DNA of 64,000 nucleotides from a plasmid: sequence record NZ_KX443399.1; one strand, 5' to 3'. Shown piece by piece: positions 56,092 to 64,000 of this stretch (position 1 is its first letter; each line of letters starts with the position of its first letter). The notes under the pieces were generated by a model. It saw only the letters and a program-made list of their open reading frames with translations, ran no database searches and was not told where the DNA came from. The position numbers and the translations under genes were made by a program.

Positions 56092-56109
56092 TGTGAACCG
56101 ATCGGTTCA
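56092..56109. promoter_or_regulatory. Perfect 18-bp palindrome (putative TetR operator) in the divergent intergenic region
   Basis: GTGAACCGATCGGTTCAC, with a partial second copy (GACTGATCGGTTCATG) at 56064-56079. Confidence 0.55.
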
Positions 56110-56124
56110 CATGGAGAGGATGTC

Positions 56125-57162
56125 ATGCCCGCGACCATCACCACCGCAAGTCCCGTCGCACACGCGGCCCTGCTCGGTCTCGGCGTGTACCGGCCCCGCC
56201 GCGTCGTGCCGAACGCCGAGATCGTCGACCAGATCGAGTCCTCCGACGAGTGGATCCGCACCCGATCCGGCATCGCCGCCCGCGGTTGGGCCGAGCCGGA
56301 CGAGACCATCGTCTCGATGAGCGTCGCGGCCGCCCGGAATGCGCTCGACGCCGCGGGAATCGCCGCGGACCAGGTCGACGCGGTCGTCCTGGCGACGTCG
56401 TCGCAGATGGTTCTCGGGCCGTCTGCCGGCGCGGTCGTGGCCACCGAACTCGGCATGCACGACACCGCCGCGTACGACATCTCCGCCGGCTGCGCAGGCT
56501 TCTGCTACGCGCTCGGCAACGCCGCGAGCCTCGTCCGCGCCGGCCAAGCCCGCCACGTCCTCGTGATCGGTGTGGAGCGCCTGTCGGACCTGCTCGACAA
56601 GACCGACCGCACCTGCGCGTTCATCTTCGCCGACGGCGCCGGCGCGGTCGTCGTGGGACCGGCGGACGCTGAGGGCATCGGCCCTGTCGCGTGGGGGTCG
56701 GACGGCAGCCAGACCGCAGCGATCAAGCAGGACAAGGACTTCACCCAATACTTCGCCGAGGTCGCGGAGAAGGGCGCCGACGCAGAGCGGCCCTACATCC
56801 GGATGAACGGCCAGGCCGTATTCCGCTGGGCCGTGACGTTCCTCGAGAAGGCGTGCCGCGCCGCCCTGGACAAGGCCGGCGTCACCGCCGACGACCTGGA
56901 CGCCTTCGTGCCGCACCAGGCCAACAGCCGCATCACCGACGCCCTGATCCGCACCCTCGGACTGCCCGACACCGTCGCCGTCGCCCGCGACATCGCCGAA
57001 ACCGGAAACACCAGCGCGGCGTCGATCCCGATGGCGATGGAACAACTTCTCCGCTCTGGCGAAGCGAAGCCCGGCGACACCGCGCTGCTGCTCGGCTTCG
57101 GCGCCGGCCTGGCCTACGCGGGCCAGGTCGTCCAGCTACCGGCGATCCTCTCGGCTCGGTAG
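56125..57162 (+). CDS. fabH: 3-oxoacyl-ACP synthase III (FabH/KAS III)
   Basis: 'DISAGCAGFCYAL' carries the active-site Cys, and 'VPHQANSRI' and 'GNTSAASIP' carry the His/Asn catalytic residues. Confidence 0.85.
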   Translation: MPATITTASPVAHAALLGLGVYRPRRVVPNAEIVDQIESSDEWIRTRSGIAARGWAEPDETIVSMSVAAARNALDAAGIAADQVDAVVLATSSQMVLGPSAGAVVATELGMHDTAAYDISAGCAGFCYALGNAASLVRAGQARHVLVIGVERLSDLLDKTDRTCAFIFADGAGAVVVGPADAEGIGPVAWGSDGSQTAAIKQDKDFTQYFAEVAEKGADAERPYIRMNGQAVFRWAVTFLEKACRAALDKAGVTADDLDAFVPHQANSRITDALIRTLGLPDTVAVARDIAETGNTSAASIPMAMEQLLRSGEAKPGDTALLLGFGAGLAYAGQVVQLPAILSAR

Positions 57163-57167
57163 ACGAC

Positions 57168-57470
57168 TCAGTTCTGCAGCGCGCCTGCGCGCGGACACAT
57201 GTGCCCCACATCGTCACCCGCACGTATTGTGGGGCCTGCCTTTCCGGGCTCTTCACTCACATCGGTGGTGTGGTGCTGGATAGCCGGCGCGACGGGACCG
57301 TGGATCAAGTAGCCGATGCGCTCCATTGGCTCGGGATTCGGGGTGACCACCGCGTAAACGAGGACCACGGTGCCGACGACGATCGCGAACGAGAGAGCCC
57401 AACCGAGACTCTTGGCGTCCCGCAGGTGTTCACGGGACACGTCCATGAGTGCTTCCAGAATGGCGTTCAT
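57168..57470 (-). CDS. Small single-TM membrane protein
   Basis: 'LGWALSFAIVVGTVVLVYAVV'. Confidence 0.3.
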   Translation of the reverse strand: MNAILEALMDVSREHLRDAKSLGWALSFAIVVGTVVLVYAVVTPNPEPMERIGYLIHGPVAPAIQHHTTDVSEEPGKAGPTIRAGDDVGHMCPRAGALQN

Positions 57471-57774
57471 GTGTGCTGGTCCTCCGGCTCGTGGGCCCGT
57501 GCTGATGCTCAGACCCCTCACAGAGGGGTGCGAGTCAGAGGCTTGGTTGCACTACGACGAACCGCGGATCGACAAAGGTCGCCTGAACTGCACTGATGCG
57601 GTATTCCGGTGGTAGCCGACGACAGTCCGATACTTGATCCGTCCGCCGGTGCTCTGACTCCGCGGCCGTAGGGACTGTGGTCGCCCTCTGGTGCACGGCG
57701 TGGGGGCGAGTCAAGGTTCGCGTCGTGGCCGCGTTGGTCTCCATTTGCTCTCCTAGCGGCGTTTCCGGCTCCCA

Positions 57775-57862
57775 CCCCGCCCGAACCTGCGGACCGCAGG
57801 TTCGGGCGGGGAGAAGCGCGTCCGAACCTGCGGACCGCAGGTTCGGGCGGGGAGAAGCGCGT
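57775..57862. repeat. Two tandem copies of a 41-bp unit, each forming a long perfect palindrome
   Basis: CCCCGCCCGAACCTGCGG-acc-CCGCAGGTTCGGGCGGGG followed by GAGAAGCGCGT, then repeated. Confidence 0.8.
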
Positions 57863-58218
57863 CAGAGTGGTGCGAGAGGTCTTCAGTGGCCTCTTGTTCG
57901 GCTAGCAGAGAAAGTGTCCGTAGAGCCACTTCGCGAGTTCCCACAGCGCGCGTCCGCCGAAGCCTGCGATCGCCTCCCGCAGGAATCGCCTTCTCCCGAG
58001 CCTTCGAGCGCTCCCGGAGTCGTCCCGAGGCCCATCGTCGGGCTGGGGTTGCGCATCGTCGGGATGGTTGTTCGTGGTCGTCATCGACGCGTTCCTGTCG
58101 TCCGGCCATTCGTGTTATCCCCTCCGTTCTCCGTGGACGGGTGAATGGCGTCTGACCTCAGGAAATCGCAACTCTTCACGCTCTAAATACGGTCAGTGGC
58201 ACAAAGCGCTGCTCCTGC

Positions 58219-60258
58219 CTAGTGGCGAGAGACGAACCGCCGCGCTGCCTCTTGACCTGCGAGTTCCATCGACCGCTCGAGCTCCCTGGTGTAGACGCTA
58301 TGCAGGTGGGCTGCGAGCCACCGAAGTCGATCAGGGCTGGTGTCGGCCGCTACCTCGTCTGCGAGAGATACGACGGGCCAACACCACAGTGGGCGGGCTT
58401 CGCGGAACTTGACGCCCAGCTTCTGAGCGAGCCTTCCGAATTGCGTGGGACTGCCCATCTTGTTCTCGAGGTCTGCGCACTCCTCCGGTTCGCAGTCACG
58501 TCGAGCGTGCACGAGGGCCGCGTTCATACGGATGGTGGTGTTCACCCTGGCTTCCTCGATGAGTCGGGTGGCGTGAGACTTGTCGATGAAGCCGAGCCGA
58601 AGGGCCGCAGCGGCGGGAACGAAGACGAGGATCGAGATGTCGATCGTCGCGTCACTGAGCTGCCAGAGGTCCTTGTGGTTCTCCTCGACGTCGACGGTGT
58701 CTTCAGCGTCGTTCGACTCCGGCTTCTTTCGAATTTTGGGGAGGGGCGGAACATCGTCCATCCACGTGACGTCTACTTCCGTATCGGTGACCGTGGCCAC
58801 TGTAGTTTTGCCGACTCTCGGCGCGGGTTTGGTGGCTGGCTCCGGAGTGAGACTGAAGCTGAACGGGTCATCGTCGCTGTCGGTGCCCTCGCCTTCTGGA
58901 GGCCAGACGTTCGACTTCGACTCCTGGCTGGGGTAGTCGCTACTGCTTGGATCCTGGTCAGTGTTGGCCCCACGGGCTCCCCAACCGGCCGCAGCAGCGC
59001 TGCTGGCGGGGATCAACTCGAGGAGAAGGATTTCGGCAATTTCCCGGGGATCCTTGGTCAAATCGAGAAGGGCGGCGAGAGCCGGTTGTAGGTTCGGCAC
59101 GGGTTGATACTGCTCATCGAGCGTCGGCCACAGCATCTGGGTGTTGCCGAGATCGAAGTGCAGGACTCGGTGAGCTGCCACATGCTCGCTCCACTGTGGG
59201 GGAAGCGAGCTCCCCGGTATGAACATCGGCTGCCACTCGGTGGGCAGGCGCAGCACCAAGTCGGGCGGTTTTACGACATGCGTGCGCTCGCTCGTCGATC
59301 TTCCTGAGGCGGAGAGCCAGACAGGAATGTCCGACAGCGCGATACTGCGCTGTGCCCGCCACACAGCTGCGCCACCTCGGGCCTCGAGGCTGCCGGCGAG
59401 CAGAATGCTGGAACGTTGATCAGTCAACGATTCGGCGGTGAGCTTCAGGAACGGGATGTTGACCAGGCTGGCTGCCAGGTTCTTCCAGTCTTCCCCGTCT
59501 TGGTCGTACAGGGCCTGCTCCATGAGCGCTGGGTTCTTCCCGGATCGTGTGTCCAGGATGTCGGCGGCGAGCGTCTGGACCATGACGAATCGGTGCTCGT
59601 GGTGCCAGACGGCTTCGTCCTCGCCGGGGGATGCCATTGCCAGGATCGCGGCGACGTTTTCGAGGTAGTGCGCTTTGATCTCCGACCCAGTCCGGGCCTT
59701 CACCTTTTCGCGCTGCTCGAAATAGAACTCGGCGGCGGCGAGGACGCGCTTCTCGGCCTTACTTCGTGTCGCGGTGACGGCCAGCTGCCATAGTCCGCGC
59801 GCGGCCCGCTGGCGGATCAGGGGGTACACGTTCTCCAGCACCTGGTCAGTGATGGGGTCCAGCCCCAGCTCCTGACAACTCCGCGCAATCGAGGTCATCA
59901 CCGCGTCGGTAAGCAACCTCGATTGGTAGTCCCGGTGGCCGCGAAGTTTGGCTTGGCCGGGAACACGGAAGGCCAGCTCCCGGATCGCGTCCGTCGTACC
60001 CGCGGGAAGCCGGAGCCGCAGACGAACGAGATCATCCGCTGCGTCCCGCTCGCGACGCGGCAACGGGTGCCGCATAACTGTCGAGATGTGTGTGAGCCGT
60101 TCATCTTCGGGAGTGTCGGTGTTGCGGTCGATGTACGTGAGAAGAAGTTGCCGTGCAGTGTGGTCACGCGAGGTACCCAGAGCGCGCGCGATCTCGTACA
60201 GGGCGCGGGAGGCGGACTTGGGGATCTGTACGTTCGTGTCGAACCGCTCCTCTGCCAC
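58219..60258 (-). CDS. Large hypothetical protein (679 aa)
   Basis: Long ORF with ordinary composition and an acidic Ser/Pro-rich linker in the middle. No recognisable motif. Confidence 0.55.
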   Translation of the reverse strand: MAEERFDTNVQIPKSASRALYEIARALGTSRDHTARQLLLTYIDRNTDTPEDERLTHISTVMRHPLPRRERDAADDLVRLRLRLPAGTTDAIRELAFRVPGQAKLRGHRDYQSRLLTDAVMTSIARSCQELGLDPITDQVLENVYPLIRQRAARGLWQLAVTATRSKAEKRVLAAAEFYFEQREKVKARTGSEIKAHYLENVAAILAMASPGEDEAVWHHEHRFVMVQTLAADILDTRSGKNPALMEQALYDQDGEDWKNLAASLVNIPFLKLTAESLTDQRSSILLAGSLEARGGAAVWRAQRSIALSDIPVWLSASGRSTSERTHVVKPPDLVLRLPTEWQPMFIPGSSLPPQWSEHVAAHRVLHFDLGNTQMLWPTLDEQYQPVPNLQPALAALLDLTKDPREIAEILLLELIPASSAAAAGWGARGANTDQDPSSSDYPSQESKSNVWPPEGEGTDSDDDPFSFSLTPEPATKPAPRVGKTTVATVTDTEVDVTWMDDVPPLPKIRKKPESNDAEDTVDVEENHKDLWQLSDATIDISILVFVPAAAALRLGFIDKSHATRLIEEARVNTTIRMNAALVHARRDCEPEECADLENKMGSPTQFGRLAQKLGVKFREARPLWCWPVVSLADEVAADTSPDRLRWLAAHLHSVYTRELERSMELAGQEAARRFVSRH

Positions 60259-60417
60259 GCCGAGATCCTAAGTCGCATTGTGAACAGCGAAGATTGCTGC
60301 CTCCCATACGTCAGGGGTTCGCGCACTGACGCTGTGAGAATCCGAGCGGCCGATCCGAAGGCGGGCTGGGTGCCCTGCCCAGCAACCCGAGGCGAGGACT
60401 CCGCCTCTTCAGGGGAA

Positions 60418-61515
60418 ATGGTGCTGGATACTACGTCGGTGAAGTGGTGGATGGTCGGCGCCTACGCCGTTGCATTTCTCGCCCTGGTCCTGGGGCTCAT
60501 GGGTCATGCGCGCGGGCGTCGCAGTGAGCAAGCCGGGGCTCAGCGCAAGAAGGCTGATCGTGACGGTCTGTGGTGGTGGTTCACGATCTCGTTGGTCGTC
60601 GCGGTCGCCGTCTTCATCGCTGCGATCGTGCTCTTCGTGTTCGGGCTCAACAAGGCCTGGGTCGCAGAACGCTTCGCCTCGGCGCTGGCGCCGCTGATCA
60701 CGGTGGTTACGGCCGCTATCGGCTCAGCCGGTGCGGCGCGCCTCGCGATAGCGCAGTCAGCAGTTGCGAAGAAGGCTCGCCTCGAAGACGCGGTCAAGGA
60801 GATGTGGAAGCGATTCGAGGGCGCAGCAAAGCAGCTCGCTGACAGCTCGCACTTCGCGATCCGCGTCGCCGGCGTGTACTCACTAGTCGGCCTCGCCGAC
60901 GACTGGATCCGCCACCATGAGCAGAGTGGCACCACGGAAGCGGACGCGAAGAAGGCGGAATGCGAAACGATCGTCGACACACTCTGCGGATACCTTCGAA
61001 TGAACACGCACATGCCGAAGGCCAGCAACGGGCGCACATCGACTCAGCCTGACTCCCAGGAGTGCGTGGTCAATGAGGCGGCCCTCGGGCAGCTATGGGT
61101 GCACCTACGTCTGCGAGACGAGCAGGGTGCTGACAAACCAGCGATGTGGGCAAATCTCGGGTTGGTACTGGATCTGCACGAGACAGATCTCTCGAAGTGG
61201 ATTGCTAAGTACATTGATCTCCGCAAGGCGGTACTGACGGACGCGGACCTCTATTCCGCTGATCTGACGAGGGCAAATCTCACCAAGGCAGACCTGCGGA
61301 GAGCAGATTTGTGCGCCACCGACCTGACCGGCGCCGTCCTCGATGAAGCCAAACTCGACGGGGTGAAGTACGACGCCGACACCAAGTGGCCGAGCGGTGG
61401 CGCCTTCCCTCCGCCGACAGCCAAATTGATGCCGGCCGGCGGTGAGCACGAGAGAGTTGGCCGTGCCCAAGAACCCGCGCCACCCGCGCCACCGGTGGCA
61501 TCGGTCGGCCAGTGA
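60418..61515 (+). CDS. Membrane protein with pentapeptide repeats (paralog 2 of 3)
   Basis: TM helices, 'FAIRVAGVYSLVGLADDW', then 'ADLYSADLTRANLTKADLRRADLCATDLTGAVLDEAKL'. Confidence 0.65.
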   Translation: MVLDTTSVKWWMVGAYAVAFLALVLGLMGHARGRRSEQAGAQRKKADRDGLWWWFTISLVVAVAVFIAAIVLFVFGLNKAWVAERFASALAPLITVVTAAIGSAGAARLAIAQSAVAKKARLEDAVKEMWKRFEGAAKQLADSSHFAIRVAGVYSLVGLADDWIRHHEQSGTTEADAKKAECETIVDTLCGYLRMNTHMPKASNGRTSTQPDSQECVVNEAALGQLWVHLRLRDEQGADKPAMWANLGLVLDLHETDLSKWIAKYIDLRKAVLTDADLYSADLTRANLTKADLRRADLCATDLTGAVLDEAKLDGVKYDADTKWPSGGAFPPPTAKLMPAGGEHERVGRAQEPAPPAPPVASVGQ

Positions 61516-62417
61516 ATCGGCCGTCCAACTCCTCTTCGGCATGCACAGAGGCGTTCAGCGCTTTAGGCCGGTCCGTAGTCGGCCTGTGCGACGCACACCG
61601 AGCCGGCGGAGCGGATCTCGCGCCGCCATACAAGCGGGGTTCGCTGGCATGGCTCGACCGCACGCGGGAGCGGCGGTACGTCAACGATGGCTGGACATCC
61701 ACCGTCCGCAACCTGCATGCAGAGGCGATCGGGTACTTCGCTCGAGCTGAAGACCATCTGCGTGGCGCCGGGATCCTGATCGCTGCGCCACGAATCTTCA
61801 GCAGTCCTGCAACAGTCGCGCGAACGGTATTGGTGGCGGTCAGCGCAGGCTCGTGGCTGCTAGACCCCGAAGTAGAGACGCTTGAGCGGATACGGCGCTA
61901 TCTCACCGTCGAAATGCGTGTACGGGCAGAGCGGCTAACTCTTGCAGAGAAAGCGGGTGAGACCTACCCGAGGGCCGAGCAGGAGCTGGAGGGCCTGAAG
62001 CAGATCGCCCTGCAAAACGGGTTGGAGCCGAAGACCTCGAAGAAAGGGTGGCCGTATGTCGGAGAACCGCATCCCTCCGATACTGAGCTCATGAGGCAGT
62101 TCGACCGGCGGACCGGAGCAGTGGTCGATCCTGAACTTCTCCAAACGCTTCTGTCCTGGTCGGTGCATGCGAATCCGAACAGTATGGCTCTGGCCAAGCT
62201 GACCCCAGCGTCCTCTGGCCGGCACCACGATGGCGTGAGATCGACGATGATCAGCCTCTCGCTGGGGCAGGTCGCGGCACTTGTCTTGCCAGCCGCCCAT
62301 ACCTTCTATCGCGGAACCATCGAGATGTACGGATACTTCGGCCTGAGCGCAGAATCCTTCGAGCAGGACGCATTGCCGCACCTTCAATCCGTCGCCTCGG
62401 CCGCAGCCCAGCGCTAG
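61512..62417 (+). CDS. Hypothetical protein, GTGA-overlap coupled to the upstream pentapeptide gene
   Basis: GTG start overlapping the upstream stop. 301 aa. Confidence 0.45.
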   Translation: MNRPSNSSSACTEAFSALGRSVVGLCDAHRAGGADLAPPYKRGSLAWLDRTRERRYVNDGWTSTVRNLHAEAIGYFARAEDHLRGAGILIAAPRIFSSPATVARTVLVAVSAGSWLLDPEVETLERIRRYLTVEMRVRAERLTLAEKAGETYPRAEQELEGLKQIALQNGLEPKTSKKGWPYVGEPHPSDTELMRQFDRRTGAVVDPELLQTLLSWSVHANPNSMALAKLTPASSGRHHDGVRSTMISLSLGQVAALVLPAAHTFYRGTIEMYGYFGLSAESFEQDALPHLQSVASAAAQR

Positions 62418-62495
62418 GCGCCATGACAATGCCCATCTGCGCCGCACCGCCGATGTCGCCGCGGCCGTCGCGACCAATGCGCGGTGGATCAAATC

Positions 62496-63287
62496 CTATC
62501 TCGCAGTCAGCCAGTGCTCGGGAAGAGTTGCCTCGGTGGTGATGGCACCCATGTGCTGTGTCTTCTCATTGATCTGGGCCATTTCGAGATTGGCACCTGT
62601 GAGGTCTGCGCCGTTAAGGCATGCCCCGCTTAGATTGGAATCTTGGAGCTGCGCTCCTCGGAGCACAGCATTGTCGAGCTTGACCCCAGATAGGTTCGCT
62701 CCGATGAGAATCGCGTTCGTGAGGTGGGCTCCGGTGAGATCGGCCCCGCGAAGGCGTGCATTGCGAAGGTCGAAGACGAGGTTGGAATGTTCGCACCACT
62801 GCCGAGATCTTCCTCGGATGACCTCGAGGATCGAAGCTCGGACGGCGCGTTCATTTTCGTCGAATCCACTGTCGGCGTGCTGATTTCCATCTAGAGGTCG
62901 GGATTCTGGGGCTAATCTGGCATTGGCGCGCAGATAGGAGCATAGGACGTTGACGCATACCTGCTGTTCCACAGATGCCGTTTCTTGCAGTATTTCTTGA
63001 CCTAAGTTTGCCCAGTCGTCGACCAGTGCGGCGAGCGCATAGACGCCACCTTCTCGGATCGCTGGCTTCTCGTCTGCGAGTTGGGAGACGGCGGTTGTGT
63101 ACCTTTCACGCAGCAGCGATTCACGCTCTCGCAGCGATTGCTCATGGAAGTGTCGGGCATCCTGGGCGCGATGGCGTTGGCCGTTCAGGAAGGCGAGGGT
63201 GCCGGCGGCGATCGCCCCGAGTCCGGCAAATGCCGTTGCGAGTGGTTGTGCAGCGACTTGCCAGAATCCGGGATCGGTTGTTGACAT
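62496..63287 (-). CDS. Membrane-anchored pentapeptide-repeat protein (paralog 3 of 3)
   Basis: 'AVSQLADEKPAIREGGVYALAALVDDW', 'LCSYLR', then 'ADLTGAHLTNAILIGANLSGVKLDNAVLRGAQLQDSNLSGACLNGADLTGANL'. Confidence 0.6.
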   Translation of the reverse strand: MSTTDPGFWQVAAQPLATAFAGLGAIAAGTLAFLNGQRHRAQDARHFHEQSLRERESLLRERYTTAVSQLADEKPAIREGGVYALAALVDDWANLGQEILQETASVEQQVCVNVLCSYLRANARLAPESRPLDGNQHADSGFDENERAVRASILEVIRGRSRQWCEHSNLVFDLRNARLRGADLTGAHLTNAILIGANLSGVKLDNAVLRGAQLQDSNLSGACLNGADLTGANLEMAQINEKTQHMGAITTEATLPEHWLTAR

Positions 63288-63379
63288 GGTCGAACGGTAC
63301 CGATGTTCGATGTGGCGGATCTCGTGGCGGTGAAGTCGGGCGTCGTCCTGTGCCCCAATGTCAACGCGAGACGGAACGA

Positions 63380-63700
63380 GCTGGGGTGATGGCATGTCCC
63401 GGGTGGGGCCGGCGCTGCGGGTGCGGGTGGTGCCGGCGGGTTGGTGTGGGTGGTGTGGGGGTGGCGCGTGGTGCGGAGGGGGCGCCGCAGGGCGGTTTTT
63501 GAATTGCGCTGTGTCGCAATAACTGTTGTGAAACTGCTTGTTGTGGCGTGTGTTTGGGCGGGTTCGCGCGTGCGACTTGGGGTGTGTTGTCGTCTTTGTT
63601 TGGGGGAGTGGGTATTTCGGTGTTTCGAGTGTCGTGGCGGTTTTGGTGGGTGGGGGTGTCGTGGGGTATGATGGGAGCATGATTTCGGGACGGGTTGAGA
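63380..63700 (+). other. G+T-skewed, G-run-rich non-coding segment
   Basis: About 300 nt almost devoid of A and C on the plus strand, with many GGG/GGGG runs (for example GGTGGGTGGGGGTGTCGTGGGG). Confidence 0.5.
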
Positions 63701-64000
63701 GCAGCGTGACGGGCCGTGGTGCGGCGCGCGGAGCGCGTCCCTGTCTCTCGTTCGTCACGGTGGGCCCCGCAGTAGCACCGATGAATGCTGTTGGTGAGAC
63801 TGTGATTTCGGTTTCGAGCGGAGCGCAGCGACGCGATCGACGGCAGCGTGACGCCACCACCATCGAGCCGCGCAGCGGCTCCCTTGGCGGGGAGCGCAGC
63901 GACCCGCTCCGTCTCGGGGCGCGCAGCGCCCCGGGGAGCGCCGCGGCAGCGTCACCAGACCGGTGTCGTGGGGGCGCGGGCTCACCTCGGAGAAGTAGAC

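Noticed and set aside
62975-63985. Several 60-175-aa ORFs in the G+T-skewed region
   Set aside because: The open frames result from the extreme base composition, because few stop codons are possible. The translations have no protein-like properties.

Overview
High-GC actinobacterial plasmid-like DNA, strongly resembling a Rhodococcus (Prescottella) equi pVAP-type virulence plasmid. The window opens with the 3' end of a TraA/MobF-type conjugative relaxase and small HTH/RHH genes. A lower-GC island of about 16 kb (4.9-21.2 kb) follows, with the classic gene order lsr2 - vap - SAM methyltransferase - LysR(virR-like) - MFS(icgA-like) - vap - orf7-like - OmpR-type response regulator(virS-like) - vapA-like - vap pseudogene - vap - vap. 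The island sits between a truncated SRAP (YedK) gene on the left and frameshifted TniA-like transposase remnants on the right. From about 21 kb to 64 kb the sequence is a dense high-GC backbone of mostly uncharacterised genes, and four things there stand out. (1) A plasmid-encoded ECF sigma factor and five perfectly spaced ECF-type promoters driving secreted or acidic proteins. (2) A divergent operon encoding two dynamin-like GTPases, an Hsp70-like ATPase and a lipoprotein. (3) A small alarmone hydrolase immediately upstream of an overlapping RelA/SpoT-synthetase-like gene, i.e. a toxSAS-type toxin-antitoxin candidate. (4) Three paralogous membrane proteins with pentapeptide repeats. Three repair or nuclease genes (DNA ligase, a DUF1524-Excalibur nuclease, a BrnT toxin) each carry a single-nucleotide frameshift. 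Two intergenic motifs recur: ATGACACGTCCCC about twelve times, and a conserved TTGCAA-N18-TAAGGT promoter/operator cassette three times. Several perfect hairpins, tandem palindromic repeats and a strongly G+T-skewed, G-run-rich segment at the 3' end of the window complete the picture. Family and product names are inferred from recognisable motifs only, because no database search was possible.
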